A DNA stretch of 64,000 nt, taken from Lama guanicoe (taxonomy: Eukaryota). A program made the translations under genes and the position numbers. Below are positions 13,344 through 27,075 of this stretch, piece by piece; positions within the stretch are counted from its first letter, which is position 1; every line of letters begins with the position of its first letter. Under the pieces are notes generated by a model. That model worked only from the letters and a program-made list of their open reading frames with translations, did not search any database and was not told the DNA's origin. The stretch spans positions 2,096,507 to 2,160,506 of the forward strand of contig MU053376.1 in NCBI GenBank assembly GCA_013239625.1, read 5' to 3'.

Positions 13344-15509
13344 TATAGTGTTTTAAAATATGTTTTCTTAAGGTGCTCTGGCAATGGGATTTATTTTTTT
13401 CTTGCGGTGACAATCCGTATTGAAATATATATATAGTTTGACTATATAGAGATATTCCTTTCATACACTTGTTCCTTTTACACAAGTCTTTGGATATAAC
13501 TGGCTGTCCTTTAAAATTGTACTTGACCCATGGTAGGCCCTCCGTAAGCGCGTGTTGAACGGGTGTGCGCACGCGGACGTGGAAACCTGGCTAGTAATTA
13601 GGTAGGTGTGAAAAGACAGGAGACATAACTGTCTTAAAAAGGTTTAGCTCTGTCTCTCTGAGTACGTATGTCCTGATGGGCGCACCTACTTTAACTGTCC
13701 CTGTTCAAACAGTGCGTCAGGTCTTTGCATGTCTATTTGCACGGCCTCATCCTCAATACAACCTTTGGATGTGGTGTCAGAGGGTCCAGAGGACAAATCC
13801 CCTGCATGTGAGGAATGAGGTCCACTTGGCTTTCCCACCCTAGACCCCGCCTAGTAGCATCTGCTTTTCCGTTTTCCCCAAATCTGTTGCCTCCTGCTAC
13901 TATTGGCCAAGGGGGAGTCTTCAGAGATGCTCTGTGGTATTGCACGGACAGCCTGCAGACTCGCCCACTTGTGTCTTCTCCATCTCCAGATCATCATTGT
14001 CATCCACAAACTGTACTGCATGAAGCCACAGTATTAAAAGGCCAGTAAAACAGGGTGCATCTCTCTCTGGTACTTGAAGCAACGTTGGCCAGCATAATGC
14101 ATAGAAAAGCATTGTACCAAAAAATTCAGTCAACCAAAAGATTAATTGAAGTAAAATGAAAACTAGTTTGACTGTTGTAAAAAGACTGAATCGATTTAAA
14201 AGTAGAGTTAATTTTAGACAGCCGTAGGATTTATAGTTACAACAGAATATGAATGTTATAAATGTTGGAATTATAAATAATATAGTAGAGTGAAAATCGG
14301 GGCTGAGGGCAGGTTTGACTGGAGGGAGAATTCTAGCATCGTCCCAGCAGGGAGTCAGTTAACACTCTCTAAAGTTGAAGATGAATTGTTAAAAAAGGAC
14401 CCAACCCTATTAAATTTGTTTATAATTTTAAACATATATACACATCCACACAAGGCGGGGGGGGTGCTTTAGGATATAACGCCCCTAAAAGAGTGAAGTG
14501 GCATGAAACAGACCACGTGGGAAGGTGCCCTGGGGTCAGGCCCTGTCCCCTGCCTCACTGGGCACAGGGCGGGCACTGCCTGGCACTCCCCTCACTCCCT
14601 GCATCATTCACCTGAACGTGCCGTGAACTGTCCTGCCCTCCCTCCCTGCCTCCACCTGCCCGTCCCAAAACATCCAGCCAACACCCTGGGCCTGGCCTGA
14701 CCGCAGTGCCTTCCTTTTGTTGGTCCTTTCAGCCTAAGGATGGTGGGGTGGTGGTAGGGACAGCTGAATAATGGGCCCGCCCGAGAGGCACACCCACCCA
14801 CACCTACCCCCATGGGGCAGGGTTGTGCCTCTGCAGGCCAGCACGGGCGCCCAGCTTCGGCCAGGCCAGCCGAGCAAGTTTGGGAAGACGGTGCACTGGA
14901 CACGTGCAGCCTGCCTGGAAATGTGACCACCAAGAAGCCAGGCTCAGGGAATTAAAAGCCGACTGGTTAGACCCCGGGAGAATTTAAATATCTGCTTTAG
15001 CCCCTGAGCAACAACTCAGCTGGACCTTTTGCCTTTCCTTTCAGTACAAAAGGCTGGCTCAAAAGTGCACATGTCACCCCTCCAGCCTTGCCACGTAACA
15101 CTGATATGTCATTTTGGGAGAGGGTGGGGCCCAGAGTCTTGGGATGGCCTTGTGTCCTCAGTTCATCCAAGGCCCCCCAGCACCACTCTCCCCACCCCCG
15201 AGCACCTTCTCCCTCGACCTGCCTGACCTGGGGGCCTGCTTTCCATAAAGCCCGGCCATCACTGCCCCACCCCCCCATTTTACGTGGGGACTGAACTCTG
15301 ATCCAGACTTGAGCATGTTCAAATGCTTCCCCTCTTGGCTCTTTGCACAAAGACAGCACCCCAGTGCATCCAGTTGCCCACCTCTCCTGTCCACGGGAGG
15401 GCCAGCATCTCTGACCCAGGACATGGGCCTGGCTTCCAGGCCACTCTGGTACCGCTGCATCGACTCTTCCTGTTGGTTTCCTCGCTTGTGTCCTGGCACT
15501 GTCTGTGGG

Positions 15510-15547
15510 GTGTGTGTGCACGTGTGTGCGTGTGTGTGTGTGTGTGT
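15510..15547. repeat. (TG)n microsatellite, interrupted
   Basis: GTGTGTGTGCACGTGTGTGCGTGTGTGTGTGTGTGTGT. Confidence 0.9.
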
Positions 15548-17044
15548 AGTTGGGGCTGTGCAGTGGGAAGGAGCAGTTGTGTGTCTCCAGACCCTCTAAG
15601 CTGGGGTGGGGCTGCAGAGCGCCGTCAGGGGTGGCCTGTCCTCTGAAACAAGGAACTACATTATATGATCTTGAGAGGGCTGGGGCTCAGGCCCCTTCCT
15701 GGAAACAGAGATGCAGACGTCCTGAGCTGGATGCCTGAGCCCAGGAGTGGGGAGTTTCCATTCTCTTGCTGCCAGTCTCACTAGTTTAACCAGGAATATG
15801 AAAATGGTATAGACTGCGTTGATTTTGGTGATGGCTGCAGACCTCCAAGCTTGGCAAATCAGTCTCTCTACCTCCCCTCCCTCCAACACAAACCATCCTC
15901 TCATGACCCTGCCTTACTCCCCTGGGCCACCAAAGCCCAGGCTGGAGGGAGGGAGGAGCAGGAGGGAGGAACAGAGGTGAGCAGAAAAGTTGCCTAAGTT
16001 TTCTTACTTAATACAATAACTGGGAGATTTGAGGGCTGGCATCACATGCTGCAGCAAGGAAGATAACTTTACTTCCATTTTGCAGATGAGGAAATGGAGG
16101 CTAAATAGATTTCTTATTTTACTAACATCAGGTCAATTGTTCAGGCATCTCAAACCCAGTTAGAAGCAGGGCTTGCATTCAGACCCTGATCTGTGTCAGA
16201 TTCTGTCCACTCTGAAGTTCCCAATCAAGTGCATTGCCGCCTGCACCCTTTCTCAAAGCCCTCTGTCATGCAGGTGAGGGAGGGTCCTTCAAGGCACCAC
16301 ATGGCCTGTCTGAGGACCTGACATACAGCTGCCAAGTGTGGGTGCACTTTGGTGCTGGGAGCTCGTGTCCATTCGGGCTGCTGTCTCACCATCCTTATCT
16401 CTCCACCAGATGGGCAGTTGGCTCTGTTTTGGTGTTGTGGGGAGCAGAGTTGCAGAGCCTGGGCCTCTGAGCAGGGGAGGCTGAGATCCCACTACTGGTG
16501 GCACTTGACCTTGGCTCTCTGATGCTCGGTGCAAGCCCCTCTGGCTGCTGCCTGAGTATTTCACAGTCTCCCAGATGTGGCGTCCCAGAGATGAAGGAGC
16601 TGTGGATGGAGAACCAGTCCAGAGCGGGTAGACTGTACAGGTGGGTTCTGATGCTCCCAGGTGGAGTGGCTTGGCTGAGCTGGGACGCGAGCTGCGAACT
16701 GGCAGCTCGCAGGCCTGTGGGAGGGACGCTGTTGCTGTTACCTGCTAGGGCAGAGGAAAAAGCGCTCTTCGCCCGAATCCTTTTGACCCATGCTCTCTTC
16801 TGGCCTTTGGCCACCCCATCCCCCATCCCTGATGAAGCCCTGGCCTCAGGTGCAGTGCAGGGTGGGGAGGACCAGACCAAGACCAAGTGGAGGGGACGGT
16901 TTCCCAGAAAACAGGGCTATTGAGACGCAACCAAGTGTGAAGGATTTCCATTCTCAATTCTGCCACTCACTGGCTGTGAGGCTCTTAACAAGCCTCAATG
17001 TCTCCAAGCCTCAGTTTCCTCATCTCTAAAATAGGAGCAGAACA

Positions 17045-17722
17045 ATGGAGCTGGAAACGTACATCCACATGAAGACCTGCACACAGGTGTTTTTATAGCA
17101 GCTTTACCCGTAATTGGGAACCCTTGGAAGCAACCAAGATGTCATAGGTAAATGGATAAATAAACTGTGGTCCATCCAGACAGTGGCATATTCTTCAGAA
17201 CTAAAAAGAAATGAGCTATCAAGTCATGGAAACACACGGAGGTACCTTAAATGCATATTACTCAGTAAAAGAGCCAATCTGAAGAGGCTATGCCGTGCGT
17301 GATTCCAACTATGGGACATTCTGGTGAAGGCAAAACTATGGAGACAGCAAAAAGATCATTGATTACCAAGGATTAGTGGGGAGGAAGGGATGGACAGGCA
17401 GAGCACAGAGGTACTTAGAGCAGTGAAACTGCTCTATGTGACACTTCAATGGTGGGCACATGCCATTAGACATTTGTGCAAACGCATAGAATGTACAACA
17501 CCAAGAGTGAGCCCTGATGTAAGTGATGGACTTTGGGTGACAGTGACACGTCAGTGTAGGTTCATCAGGTGTAACAAATGTACACTCTGGTCGGGGGTGT
17601 TGCTAATGGGGTGGCTGTGCATGTGGGGGACAGAGGGTATGCATATGGGAACTCTTCGTATCCTTCTGCTCAGCTTGGCTGTGAACCTAAAACTGCTCTA
17701 AAACATAAAGCGTATTTTTTTA
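17045..17722 (+). mobile_element. Old L1 (L1MC/L1MB-like) 3' end inserted into a MIR
   Basis: L1 3' motifs TGGATAAATAAACTGTGGTCCATCCA ... GTGAACCTAAAACTGCTCTAAAA. MIR halves lie on both sides (about 16945-17035 and 17725-17835), with a degenerate TSD AAAATAGGAGCAG / AAAGTAGGGGTAG. Confidence 0.85.
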
Positions 17723-19399
17723 AAGTAGGGGTAGAAACGCATATCACAGAGGCATAGTATTGATTGTGTGAAATCGTATTTATGAAGTGTCTGATACACT
17801 GTAAGTAGTGAATAATGGTGCCTGTTGTCATCACAATGTGGGTACATGATTTTTCTCTGTTCCTTTTTTGTGTTTTTTTTTATTAGTAAAGAATATTCAT
17901 TGTAACAGCCTAGAAACTATAAAGAAAATAAAAATACTAGAAATCTTATCACTCAGAACAAGCATGTTACCTTCCTTGCAGGTTTCTCTCTATGTGTAAT
18001 GTGTATGTAGGTGTGTGTATATTTTCATATGATGAGGACCATAAAACACAATCTTTTTCTCTTTCAATGATATGCTTGTGGACATCTTTCCAAGTTGACC
18101 AATATTAATCTACATCATCTTATGTAATGGCTAAATTGTTTTAAAATGTAACTCTAACTGGCCCCCTACTGCAGGTGAATATGGGGCATTTCTAGCATCT
18201 TGTTGCCACAGACAACTGTAGTAAACCTTTTAGTGGAGACATATTTAGATACAAATAAATATGCACTGAGGATAAATCCCTGCAGGAATTTGATACCACC
18301 AATAAGGCAAGAACCGTCTTGCTTACAACAACCGCCTTAATACTGGAAGTGATCAACTTTGGTTAACAATTTTCTTTTCTGAACCTAGAGCAAGATTTTT
18401 GAAGTTCACATATTGGAGGGGGTGGGTGGGAAGGCAGGGAGGAGAGGCATCCCGGACGGGCAGTGGTGACTCTCCGAGGTAGGGGAGGGTGGCCCCTCAC
18501 CAGGCTCCATGTCCACCTGGCGCCTGACCTCTGCATGGAGCTGAGACCTGGGGCTTCTCTTGCTCAGAGTGAGGAGAGGGATTCAATGGGGGTCTAGGAT
18601 GCATCAGAGCCTTTTGTATCAGGACTCAGTGGAGTCTGGAGGAAGGTCACTGAGCACTGATGGGATGTGCCCAGGCAGGCTTCCGGGATGAGGATGCCAG
18701 ATGCTGTGATCACTGGTGAGATGGACCTGGATTTTAGCCGGTTAATAAGAATAGCTAATATTTATTGATGTCTTAGTCTGTATCAGATGTGTGTTGATTA
18801 TTTTTAGAATTATCTAGTTGGATTCTCCTGGCAACCCTGTGAGGCAGGTCCTGCCGTCATCTCTATTTAGCAGAGGAAGGTGAGGCAGGCAGGCGTTAGG
18901 ACCCCAGCCTAGGGTCAGGTCAGCACTCACACCCTGGTCCCTCCCCCTCGGCAAAAGGCAGAAGACCATTCATTCATTCCTTTCTCTGGTCACTCAACCA
19001 ATTCATACCAACCTGGTCCTCTCAAACCCTGAGCAGGGCCCAGAGCAAAGGGCTGGGAAAGGGTGGACTTCAGGAACTGCAGCCCTGGGGACTTGGAGGA
19101 GGGGTGTGTGGTCACAGCAGGAACCAGACGGACTCAGGTCCGAGGGGAAATTTTGGAGCCACATGGAGAGAGGTGTTCCTGGTGGGGGGAGCAGGCGGGG
19201 TCGAGGCTTCAGGGTGCAGTGGGGCTGTAGGTGGTGGAGCAGGGCTGGGCCAGCCTGGGACAGACGGGCACAGAGAGACTTCTGCCTGGTCTCTGAGTGG
19301 GCACAGCTGGTCTTGAGTGGAGGGACCTCAGCACAAGAATGAGGGACTCTTCTTTTAACAAGTAAAGAGCAAAAAAATGTTTAATGAGTCAATAGATGA

Positions 19400-19760
19400 A
19401 TGAATGAAAGAAACATTATTTTGACATAATAGAAAAAAGCATTGCATTGATTTCCCAAATACTTGCTGAGTTCCTGTTTACATATTTTAAAAAATTGCCC
19501 TCGAAGTTTCCCTTCAAGGTAAAGCAGACATTTTAACATTGAATGTAAAAGTGACAGTTGTTCAAAGGAAGCTGGCTAAAGAGAAAGCTTTTAAAAAGAG
19601 ATGCTTGGGGGCGCTTCTCTACTGTTCCACAATTTTGTAGAGAAACATATTTCCATACTAAAAAATACAATTGGAGACAGAAGTTTCTACTTCTCTTTAA
19701 AAAATATACTGATTGATGATTTTTAAAAATGTATTTGAACCATTTACGGAATGAGGGACT
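19400..19760 (+). mobile_element. Possible degenerate hAT-Charlie transposase remnant
   Basis: AT-rich block; 19510-19580 reads SLQGKADILTLNVKVTVVQRKL, reminiscent of the Charlie/SPIN 'LSLQG...KI.AF..KL' motif. Weak evidence. Confidence 0.4.
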
Positions 19761-21104
19761 CTTGAAGAACTGAGAAGGCAGCTAAGATAGGGACTCCAAG
19801 ACTGAGGGCTGTCCCCACTGACTTGCTCAGAAAGACTTTACTCCTGCTTTTTAAAAACTTTTCTAACATTCTAATTTTCCAATGCTTTTTTTTTTTTTTT
19901 TGGTGGTGGTGGTAGTGGATTTTGTTCGTTTGTTTTTTCAGAGTTTGCTGTATCGCCTAAGAACAAAATTATTTTAAAACTAAAAGCTATTTGTGTGCTT
20001 GTTTGGGAAATGATAGCCAGGGGAAGGTTGGAGAGACTACAGATGACCCTCCAGGAGCTCGGTGGGATGGGAAGGAATTCGCAGGGCAGGCTAGCGGTGG
20101 GGGAGGTGGGGGGTGGGGAACACTGACCGGGGGCCTCCAGGTCCCAGGCCTTCTGTGTGGTGCTTTCCATCATGAACCCCATTTAATCCTCATGACAGCC
20201 CAATGGACTGGCTATTATTCCCATTTAGAGTCGAGGAAGTTAATGATCAGAGAAGCTCAATAACTTACCCAAGGTCATGGGCCCGGGTAGAGGCCCGGCC
20301 TTGCCCCAAGTCCATTCTCTTCCCATCACACCGCAGTACAAGCCGGGTCCCTGAAGGAGGAAGGGGGACGGTGGTCAGATTTGTTCTGAAACTGACCTTG
20401 TCCAAGAAGGCCTGGGGTGTCCAATGAGTGGATGCAGGGCTCCTGGATTCAGAGTCTGTCATGTTTCCCTTTGGGCCTCAGAAGTGGCTTTGGCCATGCA
20501 GGGTGAGAAGCGGTGCTTCACTGACCTGGGAGTGACCGCAAGGGAGGCCGGTGGGCTCGCTGGAACCCACCCTCTGTATCCTGGGAGCCTGCCTCATCTG
20601 TGCCCCATGTCCTGGCTCCAGCTGGGGGAGGGGGAGCATCAAGAGGGGAGCTCTGCACTGTCTCAGGGTCTTACACACAACCCTGGGGTGAAGGTCCTTA
20701 AAGGTTCCTTATCAATGAAATGTCCCTGGTTCAGAAAAATTAGGCTCTTTGTGTGCCTCTGTGTGTGTGTGTACACATTTGGCAACTGGGGTGGGGCAGG
20801 GACTAACTTGGCAGCCCTGGGTATTACAGGGTGGTTTGCAGCTTCTGTATTTCCTAGCATACGTAGTTACGTCTGCTGGGCTCACCTCTGGGCTGAAATG
20901 GAAGGAAGACGGCCTCTCTGGGTATAGGTTGCCATGACCTTTGGACCTTACCCCCTTGTTCAAGACAGTACCTTCAGTGGTGACCTTCAGGGCCCGAGAC
21001 AGCCAAGAGCAGGGCTGGTGGAGGTAGGCAGGTGGTCCTGGCCTCAGCTCAGCACTCCCTGGCCGTCTTCCTCTGCCAGTCTGCTGCTGCTCCCTGGAGA
21101 TCAG

Positions 21105-21558
21105 ATTGTGTGCCCTCACCAAAAAAAAAAAATGTATGTTGAAGTCTTAACCCCCGGGATGTCAGAATGTGACCTTATTTGGAAATAAGGTAATTGCAGG
21201 TGCAATGCTTTAAGAAGAGCTCACACTAGGGTAGGATGGTCCCCTAATCCAGTATGACTGGTGACATGTGTAGATAGACGGCCATGTGAAGACACAGGCA
21301 CACAGGGAGAAGGCCACGTAAAGATGGGGGCAGAGACTGGAGTTCTGCGGCTGGGAGCCGAGGAACACCAAAGATGGCAGCAAGCCTTCAGAAGCTGGGA
21401 AGAGGCAAAGAAGGATTCTCCCCTGCAGACTCCAAGGGAGCATGGCCCTGCCCACAACTCGATTTCTGACTTCTGGCCTCCAGAACTGGGAGACGATCAA
21501 TTTCAGTTTTAAGCCACCTAGTTCATGGTGCCTTGTTATAGCAGCTAGGAAACCAGTA
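21105..21558 (+). mobile_element. MaLR solo LTR (MLT1B/C-like)
   Basis: MLT1 motifs ATGTATGTTGAAGTCTTAACCCC, GTGACCTTATTTGGAAATAAGG, GATTTCTGACTTCTGGCCTCCAGAACTG, TTTAAGCCACCTAGT...TTGTTATAGCAGC. Confidence 0.88.
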
Positions 21559-23771
21559 GGGTCCGGGTCAGGGCGTGGCCCCTAGGAGCCATCTCTCTAT
21601 CCTGACCCACCGTTCCCTCCTCGGAGCAGGGCCCCTCTGTGGCTGTGTCCCCATCCTTCCTCCTAAAGTGGTCCCCTTCTATTTCCATAGACCCCTCTTC
21701 CCAAACCTGGAAGCACATTTATTTTCCTTAAAATGTCCCTGGGGATGGGGATGGGCCTGTAGCTGCAAGGGAAGCATGCAGAGGGGAAGGGGTCATTCTC
21801 CTGGGTAGATGACAACGCTGATATCAAGAAATGTCAGTTCTTCCTGAGCCGCGGCAGTTAGAGCCTAGGGGTGTTGCCCCCGAGACTTTTGCTGCCTCTT
21901 GTTGGGGAGATCTTCAACCTGTCTATTCTTCAGTGTCAGACCTCTGTGCCTCCTCTCGGCCCCTGCGATGAGAGAGAAAGTCTGATCCATTCTTCAGGCT
22001 CCCCACAGCCCCCTCCACCAGGAAGCCTTCCCAGCCGCCGTGGCTGAAAGGTGTCTCTGCCCTCTGAGCAGCCTTCCTGGATCGGTGCCGCAGTCAGTCC
22101 CCAGCTTTGTGCTGTCCTCCCACTCGTTAGTTATCCTTTCACATGCGTGTCCTGTCTGCCCAGCTCGCCTGACTCCCCCAGCGACCCTGTCTTATCGATC
22201 CCCACCCTCAGGCAAGCCCAGGCATGGGGAAATCCATGCTCAAGACATTGAAGTTGTTGCCGAAGACAAGCCTGGCTGTCCAGGGAAGGCGGAGCCCTTC
22301 CCAAGGGCCTGTGTGGCCCTGCGCCACCCAAGTCCCTCTCTCTTTCCTCATCCAGATTGAGCACCAGCCAAGGGCTGCGGAGGACCATGGTACCAGAGGC
22401 AGGCGTTGGCTTGGCAGCGTCTCGGGATGAGCTATCTTGTGGGAAAGACGGCCTGTGGGAGTTGAACCTCTAGGTCCCGGTGGAATACAGCTCTGCCTTT
22501 GGAACCTCATGGGTATCCCCACTCAGAGCACTGAAGAAGATCAGACTTACATCTCTCACCACAGGGGCCGAGAGGAGGCAAGGAGGTCTGACACTGAAGT
22601 CCGTGCTCAGAGCTAGTAAGCCTGCAGGCTACCTACCGGCTGGGGCTGGTGGGGCTTGCTTCTGTGTGTGGAGAAAGGCACGGGGGCTCTGACTTCATCT
22701 CTTCTGGCCTAAAAGCCCTGGGCTTAGCATTTCCAGGGGCCAGGAAATACCAAGACGTGCTTCGGTGGTTTTGCTGCAGTCTGTGATTACTCGGTCTGAC
22801 GGGACAGTCACTGGGACTCCAATGTGCTTTTTATAAAATCCCGAACCACTCCTCTTGGAGTCTTCTGTTCCCCGGCTCTGCCTAGCTCAGCATCAGGCCT
22901 GTGGGGAAAAAAATCTTTCTGAGGTTTTGGTACTGTTTTCAGGGTGTGTTGGGGGGTGTGTGCGTCAGAGACAGACAGACAGACAGTAATTGAGAGATTC
23001 AGATGCACAGATGGACACAGCATGCCTGTGTTGGCAGGACAAGGAGTTGAAGGAGCGGTCCTTCCTCCCCTTCCTTGTTTCCACTCCTTGGCACCCCTGG
23101 AGCATTCTTCTTCGCTCAGAGAGCGGCCAGGAGCTGCACAGGTGCATCCCGGGGGCGGAGCCGGGAACAACGCTTCTTTGTGTGGTCTCTGGCCTCTGTG
23201 CTCCCTTATCAAAGCCCTGGCATTTCTGGGCATTGCAAGCAGGAGAAATTTGGCTTGCACACCCCTCCACCCCGTGCCCTTAACCCCACCAGGGGTGAGG
23301 CCAGCCTCGTGCCGGGCAGAGATCTCCCACAGCGGGGTCCAGGCATGCATGTGGGCGCTGGCATCCCATCTCCTGGTGAGAGTCCAGCTTCTCGGGAGGA
23401 GAGTCAGAAGCCCTAGACAAGAGGGGTCGTCAGCGGGCCTCACCTGCAGGCATGAGGAAGGTGAGCGGTAGGGCTTCTAAATGCCATCCCAGAAGGGTGG
23501 GCAGGAAACTCAGACCATCGAGTCAGAAGGCTGCAGGGTTCTGGAATCTCTTTGTGTCCCCACATTGGCCAGGTGCCCCCCTGCAGACATTGATGGCAAA
23601 ACCTGTAGGAGGAATGTGTTTCAGGTGCTCACCTTTGGGGATGCAGCGGAAGGGAGCCGCTGGGGAGAGTGGGAATCTCATTCCCAAACTCCCCGAAAAA
23701 GTAGGGAGAAAACCCAACCTTATTGCCATCCCAAGATAGAGTGTCCTACAGCAGCTTTAAAAAGACCATCC

Positions 23772-23888
23772 GGGGAGGAGGGTAGAGCTCAGTGGTAGAA
23801 TGTGTGCCTAGCAAGCATGAGGTCCTGGGTTCAATCCCTAGTACCGCCATTAAAATAAATAAATAAATAGCCTAATTACCCCCCCCCC
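23772..23888 (+). mobile_element. tRNA-Ala-derived SINE (camelid Vic-1 type), no clear A-tail or TSD
   Basis: A-box-like GAGCTCAGTGG, B box GGTTCAATCCC, tail AAATAAATAAATAGCCTAATTACCCCC shared with other copies in the window. Confidence 0.85.
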
Positions 23889-24737
23889 TTCAGCCTCATC
23901 TCTCTTCTGCCAAGGAGGCTCCAGAGAGAGCTACTGAGGAAGCTGGAAGCTGCTGGCAGCCTTGGCTCTTTCACTGTGCTGTGTGTCATTGGGCACCTCT
24001 CCTTACCTCTCTGAGCCTTAGTTTCTCCAACTCAAGGCTCTTTTCAACTCCAGTCGCTAAGTCTTCCTTCCACAGAAGTGACCACTGTCTGTGACACAGC
24101 TGTGTGCTTCCCCCCAGCACCTAGCATGGGATGTTGTCTGTAGGCTACTTGGGCCCAGTTAGACACCCCACCCCGATATTTCTAGAAGGGGCAGGGTCAG
24201 AGACAGGTGAGAGCCATTCCTGTTGATGACAATGCCTTTGTCCCTGGAGGCACTTTCAATTTGTTAAGACCTCCTCTCCCTTATAACCATGAACATCCTT
24301 GTGCACCAGGCCGGGCAGTTATTACCTAACTGTTACAGACTGCAGAGCAAGGCCCAGAAAGGCGAAGTCCTTGGCCGGGGATCCACGGCCCCTAGTGATT
24401 AACATAAATTGGTAGAAAGAGCACCAGCCTGAAACCAGATGACCTGACCTTGAGGAAGCCACCAACGTCCCTAGGCCCCAGTGTCCTGTCTGTAAAGTGG
24501 CACTAATAAAGATTGCAGGGTCACACAAAATCACGGAAGTGGAAACAGTTTGCAAACTGTAAAGCACCCATGTACCGTCACCATCGGTGCTGGCGCTGGG
24601 TGTCGTTCTCCCGGTGTTCTCCCCTCTCCGCTTCTTGCTCACGTGCTCCTCCCTCTGGGAGCTGGCTGCAGCCTCGCAGGGCATCTCTCTGGGACTCCTG
24701 TCTGGCCCCTAATCCCGCTGCGGTTCTCTCCCTCCAG

Positions 24738-24859
24738 ACTGCAGATTCACCTGCCACCCGGAGTGCCGCAGCCTGATCCAGCTGGACTGCAGTCAGCAGG
24801 AAGGCGCCTCCCGGGACAGACCCTCTCCAGAAGGCACCCTCACTCCGACCTTCAGCCAG
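24738..24859 (+). CDS. RASSF5: RASSF5 NORE1A-specific internal coding exon (second half of the C1 zinc finger plus linker), 122 nt, phase 1 in, phase 0 out
   Basis: Acceptor ttctctccctccag|AC and donor CAG|gtaggc. Translates (x)CRFTCHPECRSLIQLDCSQQEGASRDRPSPEGTLTPTFSQ, matching the NORE1A segment NCKFTCHPECRSLIQLDCSQQEG...TFSQ as I recall it. Joins the 61602 exon in frame. Confidence 0.95.
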
Positions 24860-25009
24860 GTAGGCAGCGAGGCTCGAGGACCAGGCTGGGGGCAGCCTCT
24901 GCAGGTGCCTGGGCTGCTCCCCCCACCTCTCCCAGGAGCTCTGGTGCGCAGCAGGCCTCGTGAGCGTTCCACCCTGCTGGATGCTGGGGACCCTTTCTGG
25001 CCAGATGGG

Positions 25010-25790
25010 GTCCCCAGCACACACTCTGATCCTGCACCCCGTTCCAATGTTGGGGGGATTTTCCCACACCATGAAAGCAATTTCCGGTCACCCCCTGGGT
25101 GTCCTACAGTTCAACTCAGTTCTGGCACTCTCCTCCCCCACCCCCGCCCCACCACTTCAGACACCAAGCCCAAGGCCATGTCGTCACCTGTGCTTCTGAC
25201 CAACTGGCTGTAGATCAGAGGTTTCCACAATTCCCTCCTAGTGTTCAATTAATTTGTTAGAGCAGCTCACAGAACTCAAAAAAACCTTTTACCTGCTAGA
25301 TTATCAGTTTATTATAAACGGACGTAACTCAGAAACAGTCGGATGAAGGAGATGCACAGGGCAGGACATGGGGAAGCAGCACACAGTCTCCATGCTCCCT
25401 CCAGGTGCGCCACTCTCCCAGCACCTCCAACTGTTCACCAACCCAGAAGCTCCCCGACCCCACCCTTCTGAGTTTTTATGGAGGCTTCATTACATAGACA
25501 TGATTGATTAAATCATTGGCCAATGGCGACTGCTTCCCCCACCAGCCCCTCTCCCCTCCCCAGAGGTCAGGAGGTGGGACTGTAAGTTCCAATCCTCTAA
25601 CAATCCTTGGTTGGTTCTCCTGGCAACTGGCCTGCATCCTTAGGTGGGGTTCAAAAGTCATTAACACAGCAAGAAGCTCTTTTGTTGCTTTCATCACTTT
25701 GGAAGTTCCAAGAGTTTTAGGAGCTCTCTGCCAGAAATGGAGACAGAAACCAAATATGTATTTCTTATTATACATCACAGGATCACACAC
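25010..25790 (-). mobile_element. ERV LTR (MER21-like)
   Basis: Reverse complement begins TGTGATGTATAATAAGAAATACATATTTGGTTTCTG...GAGCTCCTAAAACTCTTGGAA, resembling the MER21 5' end; internal TTCTGACCAACTGGCT and CAGCTCACAGAACTCA motifs. Confidence 0.75.
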
Positions 25791-26941
25791 CCATTTTCAA
25801 GGGACTGGGGGAATGGAACAGAAACGGTGACACAGAGAAGTCTGTAGCTATTGAGAAGTGCCCTGTAGTTCACCCCAAGCACAGAGCCTGCTGTGACCTA
25901 GGGCTCCAGCCATAGGTGTGGGTATGCGGAGGGGCCAGGGTCCCAGAGAAAGATCCTGAGGCTCCTCTGAGGCCTTAGAGCCCTGGGGCAGTGGGGATGC
26001 TGGGCAGTGGGGATGCTGGGGCTGGCACTTCTCAGGCACATCGTCCTGCCTGCCAGGCAGCCAGCCAAACCGGATCAACCTCAGAGGGACTGCACAAATA
26101 TTTTTCCCTGTATTAAAGGACCAGGAAGTTGATGCCCAAAGCAGCTCTTGGTTCTGGGCTTTGCCAAGGCACTTGAACCAGGATGTGTCTGACCTTTGAT
26201 GTTGAGGATTTGGGAGGGAGACAGGAGAGCATTGTTTTTAATTCTTGCATTGAGCAAACATTTATTGAATACCTACTATGTGCCAAGTACAGGTAAGATC
26301 AGGGATAATAAATGATGCACCCCAGTTCTTGTCCTCAGAGAGCTTACATTCAGGTAGGGGAAGCAGGATACAATCAAATGGTATATATGGTGATGCAGGT
26401 TTCAATAGTAGTATGAATCAGGTGTTTCGAGTATCCAGCACAATTGTTTTGGGAGAAATCAGGGAATACTTCCCAGAGGAGATGACATTTGATCTGAGTC
26501 TTAATGTATGAGTCGAAGGTTGCTGGTCAAGGAAGTAGGGAGTGTTCCGGGACATCACACACTTACTTACTGAACAAATATGTTGTGAATGTAGACCATG
26601 TGCCAGGTCCAGGGATGCCAGGGACTTAGTGACGCAGTCGAGTAGGGGAGCGAGACTGCACAAATAAACGCCGTGTTCCTGGGGGAGAAGTCCCGGCTGC
26701 TGTGAGAGACAGCACAGGTGCTGAATGACTGGCTGTTTCCTCAAGAGAATATGGGTGGACCTGGGGAACCTGGGGTCCAGTCCCAAAAATCCCCAGGCAA
26801 GCCATCCACATGCTTTTTCTGGCCATGATGTACTTGCTCCCCAATGTTCTGTCGCCTGATTCACCCATGGGTGTTGCCCGCCTCCCTGCTGCTCCCCAAG
26901 CTTTTTCCTCCCCCAGGAAGACACTATAAGAAAACTAATAT

Positions 26942-27075
26942 GGAGGGAGGGTGTAGCTCAGTGATGGAGTGCATGCCTAGAGTGCATGAGGTCCTGGGTT
27001 CAATCCTCAGTACCTCTACTAAATAAATAAACCTAATTACCTCCCTCCATTAAAAATTTTTTTTAATTAGAAAAA
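26942..27075 (+). mobile_element. tRNA-Ala-derived SINE (Vic-1 type) with TSD
   Basis: GTAGCTCAGTGATGG...GGTTCAATCCT, A-rich tail; TSD AAGAAAACTAATAT (26928-26941) and AAGAAAGCTAATAT (27076-27089). Confidence 0.9.

Noticed and set aside
14100..14290. AT-rich island as a NUMT or foreign insert
   Set aside because: No mitochondrial or viral similarity I could recognise; more likely an old repeat remnant. A BLAST or Dfam search would settle it.
22808..23471. Overlapping 211-aa and 175-aa ORFs
   Set aside because: No recognisable domain or exon structure; GC-rich intronic sequence.
23772..23850. tRNA-like sequences here and at about 26942, 30790, 51230 and 52355 as tRNA genes
   Set aside because: Diverged stems, shared non-tRNA tails, A tails and TSDs mark them as SINEs.
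1..24737. Missing NORE1A N-terminus and first half of the C1 domain
   Set aside because: Exon 1 is expected upstream of the window, so this region is intron 1 and not evidence of a deletion.
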